42,073 nucleotides of DNA from NCBI GenBank assembly GCA_051652765.1, contig JBOFUV010000003.1, forward strand, positions 1-42,073, read 5' to 3'. Below are positions 1-8,316 of the stretch, piece after piece. Under the pieces are notes generated by a model. The model made no database searches. It was not told the origin of the DNA and saw nothing but the letters and a program-made list of their open reading frames with translations. Made by a program: the position numbers and the translations under genes. How positions within the stretch are numbered: position 1 is the first letter of the stretch; every line of letters starts with the position of its first letter. The DNA comes from Microcoleaceae cyanobacterium. Lineage in GTDB: Bacteria > Cyanobacteriota > Cyanobacteriia > Cyanobacteriales > Microcoleaceae.

Positions 1-1
1 C

Positions 2-175
2 GTTGTCAGTGTTCAAACTTGTGTTAAATATCTCTGCAAAGCGAGTGCCTGCAGGCCGCCGTCTTCTGGGTCGTCCTCGACCGGTTAGATCGATGCGAAT
101 TTCTGGGTTAATAATGCTCTCTAAGGGGGAAGGCTTGGAAGGCTGATTGGATTGAGGCTTGGGTTGATTATCCAT
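2..175 (-). CDS. 5' part of a hypothetical protein running off the window (MDNQPKPQSNQPSKPSPLESIINPEIRIDLTGRGRPRRRRPAGTRFAEIFNTSLNTDN...)
   Basis: Manual translation from ATG at 175 is open to the window edge; co-oriented with and downstream of the 275..1093 gene. Confidence 0.55.
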   Translation of the reverse strand, partial: MDNQPKPQSNQPSKPSPLESIINPEIRIDLTGRGRPRRRRPAGTRFAEIFNTSLNTDN

Positions 176-274
176 AACGATTGGTTATTCCCTTGACTTA
201 AAAACAGCGGTTTCTATACCCTAAGTAGGTTTGCCAAGAAAGGACTATGCAGTCCGGACAATCAACAATGAAGA

Positions 275-1093
275 TCAATTAAGTTTTGGGGGCGAGGGAC
301 AGGGGGGTTCGGCTGATGGTTTGGCTGATGCTGTGTGCAATTGCTTGACCGTGAGAATCAGCCGCTTCAAGTGTGGCTTAATGATTTCCTGGCTTTCCTG
401 GGTGAGCTGATCCAGTTGAGTTTGCATTTGGGGCAGATTAACCTCCGTCGAGATCAATGTTTTAGACTCCACACTCTGCATTGAGGCGATCACTTGTTCA
501 ATTCGAGCCATCTGCCCTGCCATGTCCTGAATACTATCCTGAACATTGTCCTGAACGGTTCTTTGGCTGGTGATCAATTCTTGGCGCACCTGCTGCCGAA
601 TATCTTCTAGGGCGATCGCCACGTTATCCTGAATTGAGGCCACAGTTTGACTCAAAACGGCCAACTGCTTAGCCCTTTGATTGGCTTCCAGGGGCATCTG
701 TTCCAGTTGATGTTGAAGCACTGAAATGTCTCCTAGAAGTTGCTGCTTCATGCCCAAAATTGCCCGAACAGCATTTTTCTCCATCTGCCCAACGGACTGG
801 TGGGCTTCCAGTAAGCCGTCTTGGGTATCGTAGATTTGTTCTTGGAGACGATAGCGATTGGCGACATTAAAAGTCAAGGCCAGGGTTAGAGGCGTGATTC
901 CATAGGCGGCCCGACCTGAGAACAGCACAATTAAAGCACCAACCCCAGATCCGATTAGGGACAATAACTCCGCGATTTGCAGCCAGTGTTTCTTTCTGGT
1001 TCGAGAAGAGACAGAACTTTGAAGAACAGTAACATCTGACATACTTTCTGCTCTAGGCTGGCTGACTGGGAGAACTTGAGAGAACATTGCCAT
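275..1093 (-). CDS. Hypothetical membrane-anchored coiled-coil protein
   Basis: 272-aa ORF; two hydrophobic segments near the N-terminus, then a long Q/L-rich heptad-like region. Confidence 0.75.
   Translation of the reverse strand: MAMFSQVLPVSQPRAESMSDVTVLQSSVSSRTRKKHWLQIAELLSLIGSGVGALIVLFSGRAAYGITPLTLALTFNVANRYRLQEQIYDTQDGLLEAHQSVGQMEKNAVRAILGMKQQLLGDISVLQHQLEQMPLEANQRAKQLAVLSQTVASIQDNVAIALEDIRQQVRQELITSQRTVQDNVQDSIQDMAGQMARIEQVIASMQSVESKTLISTEVNLPQMQTQLDQLTQESQEIIKPHLKRLILTVKQLHTASAKPSAEPPCPSPPKLN
612..619. repeat. HIP1 octamer GCGATCGC (representative copy)
   Basis: Also at 7504, 8068, 11847, 15338, 16985, 23627, 24160, 26595, 29673, 30132, 33414, 34392, 34671, 35117, 38487, 40775, 41280, 41515; a cyanobacterial hallmark. 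Confidence 0.95.
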
Positions 1094-1336
1094 AGGGTTC
1101 TGAGGGTAAAGATTAAGCGCTTTAACGCGACTTGCGAAAAACTACTCAGGCCCTGCTAATTTTCAGAACAGTGGAAACCAGGAAATGTGAGCAGCTTGTT
1201 GCTTTTTAGAAGGATGCCATAGGTAGAAAGACTCCGTAGACATACAGCCAGGAGAGACACTACAAAAAATTTCACGCTTCCGGGCATCCAGAACTTTGGA
1301 GAGCCAAAACTCATCTATAACCCCAGTGTAATCTAT

Positions 1337-1372
1337 AGTTAATTCAACAGTTAATTCAACATTGTTAATTCA
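1337..1372. repeat. Tandem repeat AGTTAATTCAAC x2 plus a third degenerate copy
   Basis: Read directly; lies just upstream of the small ORF at 1392. Confidence 0.8.
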
Positions 1373-1391
1373 GTCCTGTAGCAACATCACT

Positions 1392-1526
1392 ATGGAATCC
1401 AAGTCAGACAGCCTTACTCAAAAGCTCAAATCCTTGATCAGCATTGCAACTTTTATTGTGCTCGTTGTAGGTGTTGGTTTTTTGGCAATCAACTTTGTGG
1501 TTGCTTTAGTTGAAAAACTGAGCTGA
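1392..1526 (+). CDS. Putative 44-aa single-pass membrane peptide (MESKSDSLTQKLKSLISIATFIVLVVGVGFLAINFVVALVEKLS)
   Basis: Manual translation ATG 1392 to TGA 1526; uninterrupted ~25-residue hydrophobic stretch; below the ORF-track length cutoff. Confidence 0.55.
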   Translation: MESKSDSLTQKLKSLISIATFIVLVVGVGFLAINFVVALVEKLS

Positions 1527-1581
1527 ACATAGGATTGGTAGGATTTTCGGTACTATTTTAGGATAATCCTCACAACAAATA

Positions 1582-1875
1582 TTAGTGGGGAAACTTGCGG
1601 ACTTGATATTCGTAACTGTTGATGATTGGCATCTTTAGGTCTCCCATCAAAAGATCCAGCTCATCTGTTTTCGATTGAGGGACTGATTTCCAAGCCTCCC
1701 TGGTCTCCCAGCGAATGACAAGCACAACTTTTTCTTGGAACGGATCAATCCAAACTTCCTTGCCGATATAGCCAGGAAATGATCTTAATCCCTCTGTCCA
1801 GACCGCTTCATCCCGCTGAATAAAAGCTTCCTGCTGCTCTCTAGGGACATTGAACTCTAACCACTCAATCACCAT
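1582..1875 (-). CDS. Conserved cyanobacterial protein, TIGR03792 / ABM-like family
   Basis: MVIEWLEF...FIQRDEAVWT...GYIGKEVWI pattern typical of this family; start moved to ATG at 1875. Confidence 0.8.
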   Translation of the reverse strand: MVIEWLEFNVPREQQEAFIQRDEAVWTEGLRSFPGYIGKEVWIDPFQEKVVLVIRWETREAWKSVPQSKTDELDLLMGDLKMPIINSYEYQVRKFPH

Positions 1876-1911
1876 TAGTCGCCACAAATTGAGATTAACC
1901 CGAATCCTGAA

Positions 1912-2436
1912 CTAACCCAAGAATTTTCCTGCCATCCGCATCGCATCTGCAACATCAACATCTCCATCCCCATCTGCGTCCATGAAGTTAGTCAAGACTT
2001 GATTGTTTTTGCTGCTCTGGGGATTGCGGGTATCCGTTCCTGTGCTCAACAAACCCAGTACAACTGGGATTAACATTGGCAGCAATCCTTGAATGGTGCC
2101 AGCATTAATTCCGGTTCGTTGAGCAATGGCTTGGGCAACCTGAGCCTGCTGCTGAGGAGAGAATAGAGAGTTTACAGCGCTGGCATTGGCTTGGGTTCCG
2201 CCAAACTGATTCACCATTGATTGCACCGCATCAGATCCCTGGTTTGTCCGTTTTTCCTGAAGCGCAGACCGAACGAACCCTCCCAACATTGAGAGCGTCG
2301 TTTGAGTGTTGTCAGGCGAGAGATTTTGGCTGTTGGCCAGTTGCTGAACGGTGTTCACAATACCGCCGATTTGATCCTTGCTCGCCTGTGAACTTGGATC
2401 ATTGACAGCCGATAGGATTTGATCAAAAAGTCCCAT
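1912..2436 (-). CDS. DUF937-family protein
   Basis: MGLFDQILSAVNDP start and C-terminal DADGDGDVDVADA EF-hand-like motif typical of cyanobacterial DUF937 proteins. Confidence 0.75.
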   Translation of the reverse strand: MGLFDQILSAVNDPSSQASKDQIGGIVNTVQQLANSQNLSPDNTQTTLSMLGGFVRSALQEKRTNQGSDAVQSMVNQFGGTQANASAVNSLFSPQQQAQVAQAIAQRTGINAGTIQGLLPMLIPVVLGLLSTGTDTRNPQSSKNNQVLTNFMDADGDGDVDVADAMRMAGKFLG

Positions 2437-2579
2437 AATATCCAGAGGTTAGACTTAAGTTAAACATCGCCAGTCTACCTTGATTTAGGTGCAGTTAGTC
2501 AAGCTGCCAGGTAGAACAGGAACGCACCCCAACAAACTCTTGACGTTAGTAGAGCTTGATGTTAAGACAGGTAACAAAA

Positions 2580-2651
2580 CTGGGGCAGAAGGATTCGAAC
2601 CTCCGAATAGCGGGACCAAAACCCGCTGCCTTACCGCTTGGCCATGCCCCA
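2580..2651 (-). tRNA. trnQ: tRNA-Gln(UUG), CCA not encoded
   Basis: Reverse complement TGGGGCATGGCCAAGCGGTAAGGCAGCGGGTTTTGGTCCCGCTATTCGGAGGTTCGAATCCTTCTGCCCCAG folds as a cloverleaf; anticodon TTG; GGTTCGAATCC T-arm. Confidence 0.97.
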
Positions 2652-2829
2652 ACAGACAGCCAATTACTATGGTAACTGTAACTATAATTGAGTGTCAAGT
2701 ATTTTACCCGCAATTCTCTATATGAAAATAGTCTCAACATGGAGATTGGGTATCAGGAAATATGGATTGGTGATATCTAGGTCTTCACTAAAGTAATCCT
2801 CAAAACGATGGGTTTCAAGGTTTGGTTGG

Positions 2830-3189
2830 TCAATTAATCCTTTCGTTTAAAGACACAAGATAACATCCGTCAATCCGCCAATGCTCATCCGGTTGTTGTT
2901 CCATAATATAAACTGCTCTGACTAGAGTTCCATTGGGAGAAAGGAGCAGAACAGGCTGAGTTGGAATTCCTTGCAACACATTGATTTCCTCAAAAACAAC
3001 CGCCCGAGGCCGATAAATTGCTGGATAGTTTCTTTTGATCATGTAGACAAAGCTCTCAGCCGTAACAAATTTCTTACGAATGCTGGGACTGGCCAAGGAA
3101 AAAGCACATTGATCATCACTGTTCTGAAAGGCTTGCAATTGACGTTCTACGACGAGGCGAATCGTCTGACGATCCCGATCCATAATCAT
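2830..3189 (-). CDS. DUF4864-family protein
   Basis: QLQAFQ..D...AFSLASPSI...YPAIYRPR...WRIDGC pattern; true start may be ATG at 3183. Confidence 0.75.
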   Translation of the reverse strand: MIMDRDRQTIRLVVERQLQAFQNSDDQCAFSLASPSIRKKFVTAESFVYMIKRNYPAIYRPRAVVFEEINVLQGIPTQPVLLLSPNGTLVRAVYIMEQQPDEHWRIDGCYLVSLNERIN

Positions 3190-3321
3190 TTCGATAATGT
3201 TAACAATAATTCAGCGGGCCAATAAGTTTGACAGTTTGTCGTTGCTCAATCAAATTATAGAGGAAGGTTTAAGTGATTAAATCAAGAAATATTTATAGAT
3301 CTCTTTGACTCTTGCTTGCCC

Positions 3322-3363
3322 ATAGCAATCCTAAAATAGTGATCTTAAAATAGCGATCCTAAA
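3322..3363. repeat. 14-bp tandem repeat ATAGYRATCYTAAA x3
   Basis: Copies at 3322, 3336, 3350. Confidence 0.85.
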
Positions 3364-3396
3364 TGAGTGACAAAAAGCAAAGAGGGGTTGAGGCAT

Positions 3397-3435
3397 TTTG
3401 TCCCCAGAATTTGTCCCCAAGATTTGTCCCCAAAA
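3397..3435. repeat. 13-bp-period tandem repeat with TTTGTCCCCA core x3
   Basis: Copies at 3397, 3410, 3423. Confidence 0.85.
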
Positions 3436-3532
3436 AGGGCAACGCGCCTTCGAACCATTTCATAGAGCATTTCAGAGTAACTTAAGATTGTAATGTAAAC
3501 GTTCAGTTGGATTTTTATCCAAAAATTGGCCC

Positions 3533-4177
3533 ATGACTCAAACAGTTTGGATTGCAAGACACGGCAACCGCATCGATTTTGTCAATCCAGAATGGTTTAA
3601 AACGGCTGAACGTCCCTACGATCCACATTTATCAGAGGATGGTTTTGTTCAAGCCCAGCAGTTAGCAAACCGTCTAGCTGGAGAGGGAATTACTCAAGTT
3701 TTTTCATCCCCCTTTTTACGAACGGTTCAAACAGCTCATCAGGTCGCTGAAACCCTAAACTTACCACTGAAGCTGGATTGGGGATTGTGCGAATGGCTCA
3801 ATTCAGACTGGATGCCTGCGTTGCCAGAAACTTTACCCTTAGAACTGCTGGCAGAGAGATTTCCTGCCATTACCCTGGAACACTCGGCTGGAACTCCTTA
3901 TTATCCTGAGACTTGGGCTGAATGTCTGCAACGCTCAGGGGCAACTGCCAAGCGCTTGGTTGAAGCATTGCCTCAGGAGAATTTACTGTTTGTGGGTCAC
4001 GGTGCATCAGTAGTTGGAACTGCAACAGCCCTTGCACCTACCTTGCAAGACCGGCAACTGCGAGCGCCCCTGTGTTGCTTATTCAAGCTCGTGCGTCACG
4101 ATCCAGAGTGGATTGTAGAACTTATGGCCGATACTGCTCACCTCAGCATAATCGAATCAAAGGTTCGTTGGAATTAG
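3533..4177 (+). CDS. Histidine phosphatase (phosphoglycerate mutase-like) family protein
   Basis: N-terminal ARHG catalytic motif, SSPFLRTVQTA, and late VGHG second histidine. Confidence 0.9.
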   Translation: MTQTVWIARHGNRIDFVNPEWFKTAERPYDPHLSEDGFVQAQQLANRLAGEGITQVFSSPFLRTVQTAHQVAETLNLPLKLDWGLCEWLNSDWMPALPETLPLELLAERFPAITLEHSAGTPYYPETWAECLQRSGATAKRLVEALPQENLLFVGHGASVVGTATALAPTLQDRQLRAPLCCLFKLVRHDPEWIVELMADTAHLSIIESKVRWN

Positions 4178-4200
4178 TTTGGAATTAGTTTGGAATTAGT
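4168..4200. repeat. Perfect 11-bp tandem repeat TTGGAATTAGT x3 overlapping the stop codon
   Basis: Copies at 4168, 4179, 4190. Confidence 0.9.
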
Positions 4201-4256
4201 GAGGTTAAACCTCTAAAAATTTACTCGTTTGTCTCAATAAGTTTTGTAGAAACTCC

Positions 4257-4360
4257 GTTAGTTGGGTAGAACGAATTGACTCTCAACAAACCTTTCAGAG
4301 TGTTAGCTCGAGAGCATTAGTTCGATCATGTTAGATCTTGCAAGCTCGACCCCCACTGAG
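4257..4360. repeat. Degenerate REP-like doublet, related to the element at 31431-31503 in opposite orientation
   Basis: GTTAGATCTTGCAAGCTCGACCCC (4330-4353) aligns with the reverse complement of 31438-31461 (GTTGGATCTTACAAGCTCGACACC). Confidence 0.6.
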
Positions 4361-4387
4361 GCAATCTAGAATAGAAATTTAAGAAAC

Positions 4388-5845
4388 TTAAATTAACCCG
4401 CCATGACGACAATTATCACAATGACCACAACTCATTGATTGTGCCTCTTGGATGAACCCAAAAGCGTTTAGTAAAAACTTCCAGCGACATTGGCGAGTGT
4501 TTAAGAATTGCCTCATCTGTTGAACGGCTTTTAAGTTTTGATCTGGGATTGACTTCTGATTTTGAAGATTAATTTCATAGTTAAATGGATCACGCCATTT
4601 CAATTGACCTTTGCTATGAAGTAACGAAAGAGCAACTGCACTGCCTTTAAAGTGTTGAGTTACTGTTTCTATAGCTCCCTGCTTCGGCAATTTTTTAATC
4701 AGTTGATTAGCAATCTGAGATTGTTTTTGAAGATTTTCAATCAAAAATTGCTGTCTTTGTTTGTCTTCTGGATACAGTAATCCAGTGGGTTCACTCACTA
4801 ATGTCAAAGCAATTGACCACTCGCCATCTCGCCCAGCTCGACCCACCTCTTGAATGTATTCTGAGAGCAAAAAAGGGGCTTGAAAATGGACAACCCAGCG
4901 AACATTGCTTTTGTTAATCCCCATGCCAAATGCACTAGTACAGACCACAAACTTTAGAGTTTCTTGTAACCAATTCTGCTCGATGCTGCGACGTTCTACA
5001 GGACTCAAGCCAGCATGATAAGCTGCCGTTTTATACCCCTTCTCCTGTAGCCATTGAACCAGCAACTCACTATCCTTGCGAGTCCGAACATAAACCAAAC
5101 CCACCTGATGATTGTGAGATTGAATACACTTTAAAAGTTCCTGCTGTCGGCTTCTAGGAGTCCAAACTGTTTTAACATTTAGGGCTAAGTTTAAACGATA
5201 GGGACTTAACAAATACTCATCGGGATGATTTAAGTTGAGAACCGTTTTAATCGTTTGCTGAGTTGTTGGATCGGCTGTTGCTGTAAAGGCAGCAATAGCA
5301 ATTTTTTTTCCGGTTGATTTTGTTTTTAATAATGTCGGGCGGACGGCTCCCAATCGACGATAAGCAGGCCGAAATGTGTCTCCCCACTGGACTAAACAAT
5401 GCGCTTCATCCAAAATTAATCCATTGATTAAAATATGGGGTTGGGCAATTAAATTCCAAATTGGCTGACTCAGCAAAGTTTCTGGAGAAAGATAGAGGAG
5501 CCGAAGCTGATTTTGCTCTAATAATCTTAGGGTTTTCTGACGTTGGGCTGGGGAGAGTTGACTATGGAGTAGGGATGCAGGCAAGTGGCGATCACGAAGT
5601 TCTTGCACTTGATTTTCCATCAAAGCAATGAGGGGAGAAACGACCAACGTCAAACCCGATTGCAGGAGCGCAGGCAGTTGAAAACAAATTGATTTTCCGC
5701 CTCCTGTTGGCATCACAATTAGGGCATCCTTGCCCGTTAGAATGCTCTGAATAATCTCTCCTTGAGGAGCGCGAAAGTCTGTATAGCCCCAAATCTTTTG
5801 AAATCGGGCTCGGACAGTGTCCCAAGATGAGAGTGCCTGACTCAT
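4388..5845 (-). CDS. recQ: ATP-dependent DNA helicase, RecQ family
   Basis: MPTGGGKSICFQ Walker A, DEAHC, TATA, QEVGRAGRDG and C-terminal CR...CGHCDNC Zn site. Confidence 0.93.
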   Translation of the reverse strand: MSQALSSWDTVRARFQKIWGYTDFRAPQGEIIQSILTGKDALIVMPTGGGKSICFQLPALLQSGLTLVVSPLIALMENQVQELRDRHLPASLLHSQLSPAQRQKTLRLLEQNQLRLLYLSPETLLSQPIWNLIAQPHILINGLILDEAHCLVQWGDTFRPAYRRLGAVRPTLLKTKSTGKKIAIAAFTATADPTTQQTIKTVLNLNHPDEYLLSPYRLNLALNVKTVWTPRSRQQELLKCIQSHNHQVGLVYVRTRKDSELLVQWLQEKGYKTAAYHAGLSPVERRSIEQNWLQETLKFVVCTSAFGMGINKSNVRWVVHFQAPFLLSEYIQEVGRAGRDGEWSIALTLVSEPTGLLYPEDKQRQQFLIENLQKQSQIANQLIKKLPKQGAIETVTQHFKGSAVALSLLHSKGQLKWRDPFNYEINLQNQKSIPDQNLKAVQQMRQFLNTRQCRWKFLLNAFGFIQEAQSMSCGHCDNCRHGGLI

Positions 5846-5862
5846 GGCTCAATCCTTGTGTA

Positions 5863-5955
5863 GTTCACAACATACCGTTCACAATATACTGTTCATAGAA
5901 TACGGTATAAATTCACGGTATAAATTCATAGTATAAATTCACAGTATAAATTGGC
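5863..5955. repeat. Compound tandem array: 14-bp GTTCACAAYATACY x2-3 then 13-bp RGTATAAATTCAY x4
   Basis: Copies at 5863, 5877, 5891 and 5904, 5917, 5930, 5943 in the recQ/MOSC divergent intergenic region. Confidence 0.9.
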
Positions 5956-5967
5956 TGCGAACAAAAA

Positions 5968-6771
5968 ATGACGATGACTGATGGAGTCCCATACATTTCC
6001 AGACTGTTTGTTTACCCGATTAAATCCTTGGATAGAATCGAGGTTGAAGAGGTTAGTGTTTTAAAAAGTGGTGCGCTTAAACAAGATCGTGAGTTCGCAA
6101 TCTTTGATGAGTCAGGACAGTTTGTAAATAGCAAACGTAATCATCAGATTCATGCCCTACGCTCTCAGTTTGATTTAGCCACAAACAGGATTACTTTAAA
6201 GCGACCCAAAGCAGATCACACCGCCACTTTTGATCTTGATCGGGAACGTGAACCCCTCGAACAGTGGCTGAGCCAGTACTTCAATTTTCCGGTTCAACTC
6301 AAGCAAAATCTTGAGATGGGATTTCCGGATGACACGGTTTCTCCTGGCCCTACCCTGATTAGTACAGGAACCTTAGAAACTGTTGCTTCCTGGTATCCTG
6401 ACTTAGATCTTGAAGCAATTCGTTTACGGTTCCGAGCGAATATTGAGATTTCGGGTGTGCCTGCGTTTTGGGAGGACTGTCTGTTTGCCCAGGCAGGACA
6501 AACCACTGACTTTCAACTTGGGGCCGTGAAGCTGGCAGGGGTCAATCCCTGTCAACGCTGTATTGTCGTTACCCGCGATTCTCAGACTGGTACAGCCTAT
6601 CCTAACTTTCAAAAAACGTTTGTGGTGAAGCGGCAAGCAACCTTACCAAACTGGACAGAGCAGTCCCGGTTCAATCATTTCTACCGACTAGCAATCAACA
6701 CAAGGATACCAATCTCGGAAGCTGATAAAGCAATTAGGGTTGGAGATATAGCAACCCTAAATCAATCATGA
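5968..6771 (+). CDS. MOSC domain-containing protein
   Basis: LFVYPIKS, DREFAI, RFRANIEISG and PCQRC motifs. Confidence 0.9.
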   Translation: MTMTDGVPYISRLFVYPIKSLDRIEVEEVSVLKSGALKQDREFAIFDESGQFVNSKRNHQIHALRSQFDLATNRITLKRPKADHTATFDLDREREPLEQWLSQYFNFPVQLKQNLEMGFPDDTVSPGPTLISTGTLETVASWYPDLDLEAIRLRFRANIEISGVPAFWEDCLFAQAGQTTDFQLGAVKLAGVNPCQRCIVVTRDSQTGTAYPNFQKTFVVKRQATLPNWTEQSRFNHFYRLAINTRIPISEADKAIRVGDIATLNQS

Positions 6772-6867
6772 GAAAACCGCAGAGGGGTTTGGGGACTTCG
6801 TTCTCAAGGAGGGATAATGCCCCTCCACCCCTGCTTACAAATCAATCATTTAGCACTACCAGATCCT

Positions 6868-6898
6868 AGATAGATCCTAAAACTTTTAGGATCTATCT
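6868..6898. terminator. Perfect 15-bp inverted repeat, probable terminator for the minus-strand ncRNA and/or the convergent MOSC gene
   Basis: AGATAGATCCTAAAA-C-TTTTAGGATCTATCT between convergent transcription units. Confidence 0.55.
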
Positions 6899-7064
6899 GA
6901 TCAGAATATCGATGTAGCTTGAGATTCCGTGTAACAACACTATTCCGTAGAGACAGACTGAAAGGGTAACATTTACTGAGTTGTAAATGCTACCCGCGAG
7001 CACCCAGAGGGTAGAGGGAGTTAACTGACCTGAAACCAGGTTGCGTCGCAACTTCTACCAGACA
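6894..7064 (-). ncRNA. ssrS: Probable 6S RNA
   Basis: Minus strand forms a long rod: 5' TGTCTGGT-AGAA pairs with 3' TTCT-G-ATCAGATA, apical hairpin GGGTAGCATTTAC/GTAAATGTTACCC, poorly paired centre; AGAAGTTGCGACGCAACCTGGTTTCAGGTC resembles cyanobacterial 6S 5' strands as I recall them; TG-A-TAGATT extended -10 just upstream. Ends approximate. Confidence 0.7.
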
Positions 7065-7178
7065 AGAACAATCTATCATTCCCATATCTTGCGTATTTCA
7101 CCCAATATTCCGCAATTCCAACTGTCACATATCACAATTTATACTTTTCTGTAGATTACTTGTAGAGATTTTTTGAAT

Positions 7179-7204
7179 AAAAAAGGCACGGTAGTCCGTG
7201 CCTT
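7179..7204 (-). terminator. Rho-independent terminator of the peptidoglycan-binding protein gene
   Basis: AAGGCACGG-TAGT-CCGTGCCTT hairpin followed by a T-run on the minus strand. Confidence 0.8.
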
Positions 7205-7301
7205 AGAAACAATGGATCTGACTCAATTAAAATCATCGCTAAAGTCACCGCTGAGCAGAAGCTATTGATGAACTCTCAGAGTTATTTAGCATTTGCCCAA
7301 T

Positions 7302-8141
7302 CTAACGCCCCCATTCCCGGCTCAGGGTAGCCCAAGTGGCTTCATTTACAACACCATTGGCCGTCAAACCCTTGGCCTCTTGATAAGCAATCACTGCAGC
7401 TTCAGTCAGGGGGCCAAATACCCCATCAATCCGACCCGGATTATAGCCCTGGATTTCCAAGCGAGTTTGCAGGGTTCTCACCTGGGAGCCTCTAGCCCCT
7501 TTGGCGATCGCCTCTAACTCTGAGGTCGTGGGTTGTAAATTGGACTCCAAAGTTGACTCCAAGGTTGACTCCGAGTTTGATTTTGGGCTTGACTCCGAGA
7601 TCTCTTCAGGGCTTGTTTCTAGACGTGCTTCTGAATTTAACTCTAGGTTCGGCTCAGGACTTGACTCGGAATTCAGCTCAGCACTTGACTCTAAGGCGCG
7701 CCAAGTTGCTCGATCGACTAGACCTGTAACTTCTAGACCCTTAGATGCTTGAAACTCCCGGACTGCTTGTTCTGTTTGAGACCCAAAGACACTGTCAACT
7801 CGGCCTGGATCAAACCCGCTGGACGATAACCGTTGCTGTAATCCTCTGACCTGTTCCCCTTCATTGCCCCGCTCTAGAACCCTAACTCGGATTGGGCGAT
7901 CGGTTCCACCATAAAACGGTTCAGAGAAAAGGCTAGAAGTTGGCTCTTTGGGCTGAAACAATCGAGTCGGCTTTCTGGCAGGAACTAAAATATCGTTCAA
8001 ATCCAGAGTTTCAACTTCCTCAATAGCTTCCTCAATGCCTTCCTCAAAGTCAATGGAGGAAGATGTTGCGATCGCCCCAGAAGCAAAACCAGGAACCAAG
8101 AAAGCTAGCAAACTAACAGCAATAACATTTCGAATACGCAT
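7302..8141 (-). CDS. Secreted peptidoglycan-binding protein with two PG_binding_1 repeats
   Basis: Signal peptide from ATG 8141 (MRIRNVIAVSLLAFLVPG...); two G..G..VR.LQ.RL...G..PG..D.VFG..TE.AV..FQ..KGL...G.V...TW repeats separated by an S/E/P linker. Confidence 0.85.
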   Translation of the reverse strand: MRIRNVIAVSLLAFLVPGFASGAIATSSSIDFEEGIEEAIEEVETLDLNDILVPARKPTRLFQPKEPTSSLFSEPFYGGTDRPIRVRVLERGNEGEQVRGLQQRLSSSGFDPGRVDSVFGSQTEQAVREFQASKGLEVTGLVDRATWRALESSAELNSESSPEPNLELNSEARLETSPEEISESSPKSNSESTLESTLESNLQPTTSELEAIAKGARGSQVRTLQTRLEIQGYNPGRIDGVFGPLTEAAVIAYQEAKGLTANGVVNEATWATLSREWGR

Positions 8142-8286
8142 GAGGGCTAACCTCGAACTTCTATAAATAACTTGACGCACAACACAATGAGCAACCCCAA
8201 GATTTAACTTAAATCTTATCACTATTGGCTCTGAGGATGTCCAACTCTAACCATTGAATCATCTTGGTAAAACTCGCCAAAAAGGC

Positions 8287-8316
8287 TTGACAAGCTTTGA
8301 ATGATTGAAATATAAT
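8287..8316 (+). promoter_or_regulatory. Consensus sigma70 promoter of the ribosomal protein operon
   Basis: TTGACA (8287-8292), 18-bp spacer, TATAAT (8311-8316). Confidence 0.85.

Noticed and set aside
1378..1392. NtcA site before the 44-aa ORF
   Set aside because: GTAGCAACATCACT does not match GTA-N8-TAC
2580..2651. tRNA as an integration site for an island
   Set aside because: No integrase and no duplicated tRNA 3' end seen
2489..2740. ORFs 2489-2725 and 2546-2740
   Set aside because: Both overlap the tRNA-Gln gene and merely translate it
5863..5955. LexA boxes upstream of recQ
   Set aside because: Units do not fit the cyanobacterial RGTAC-NNN-DGTWCB consensus on either strand
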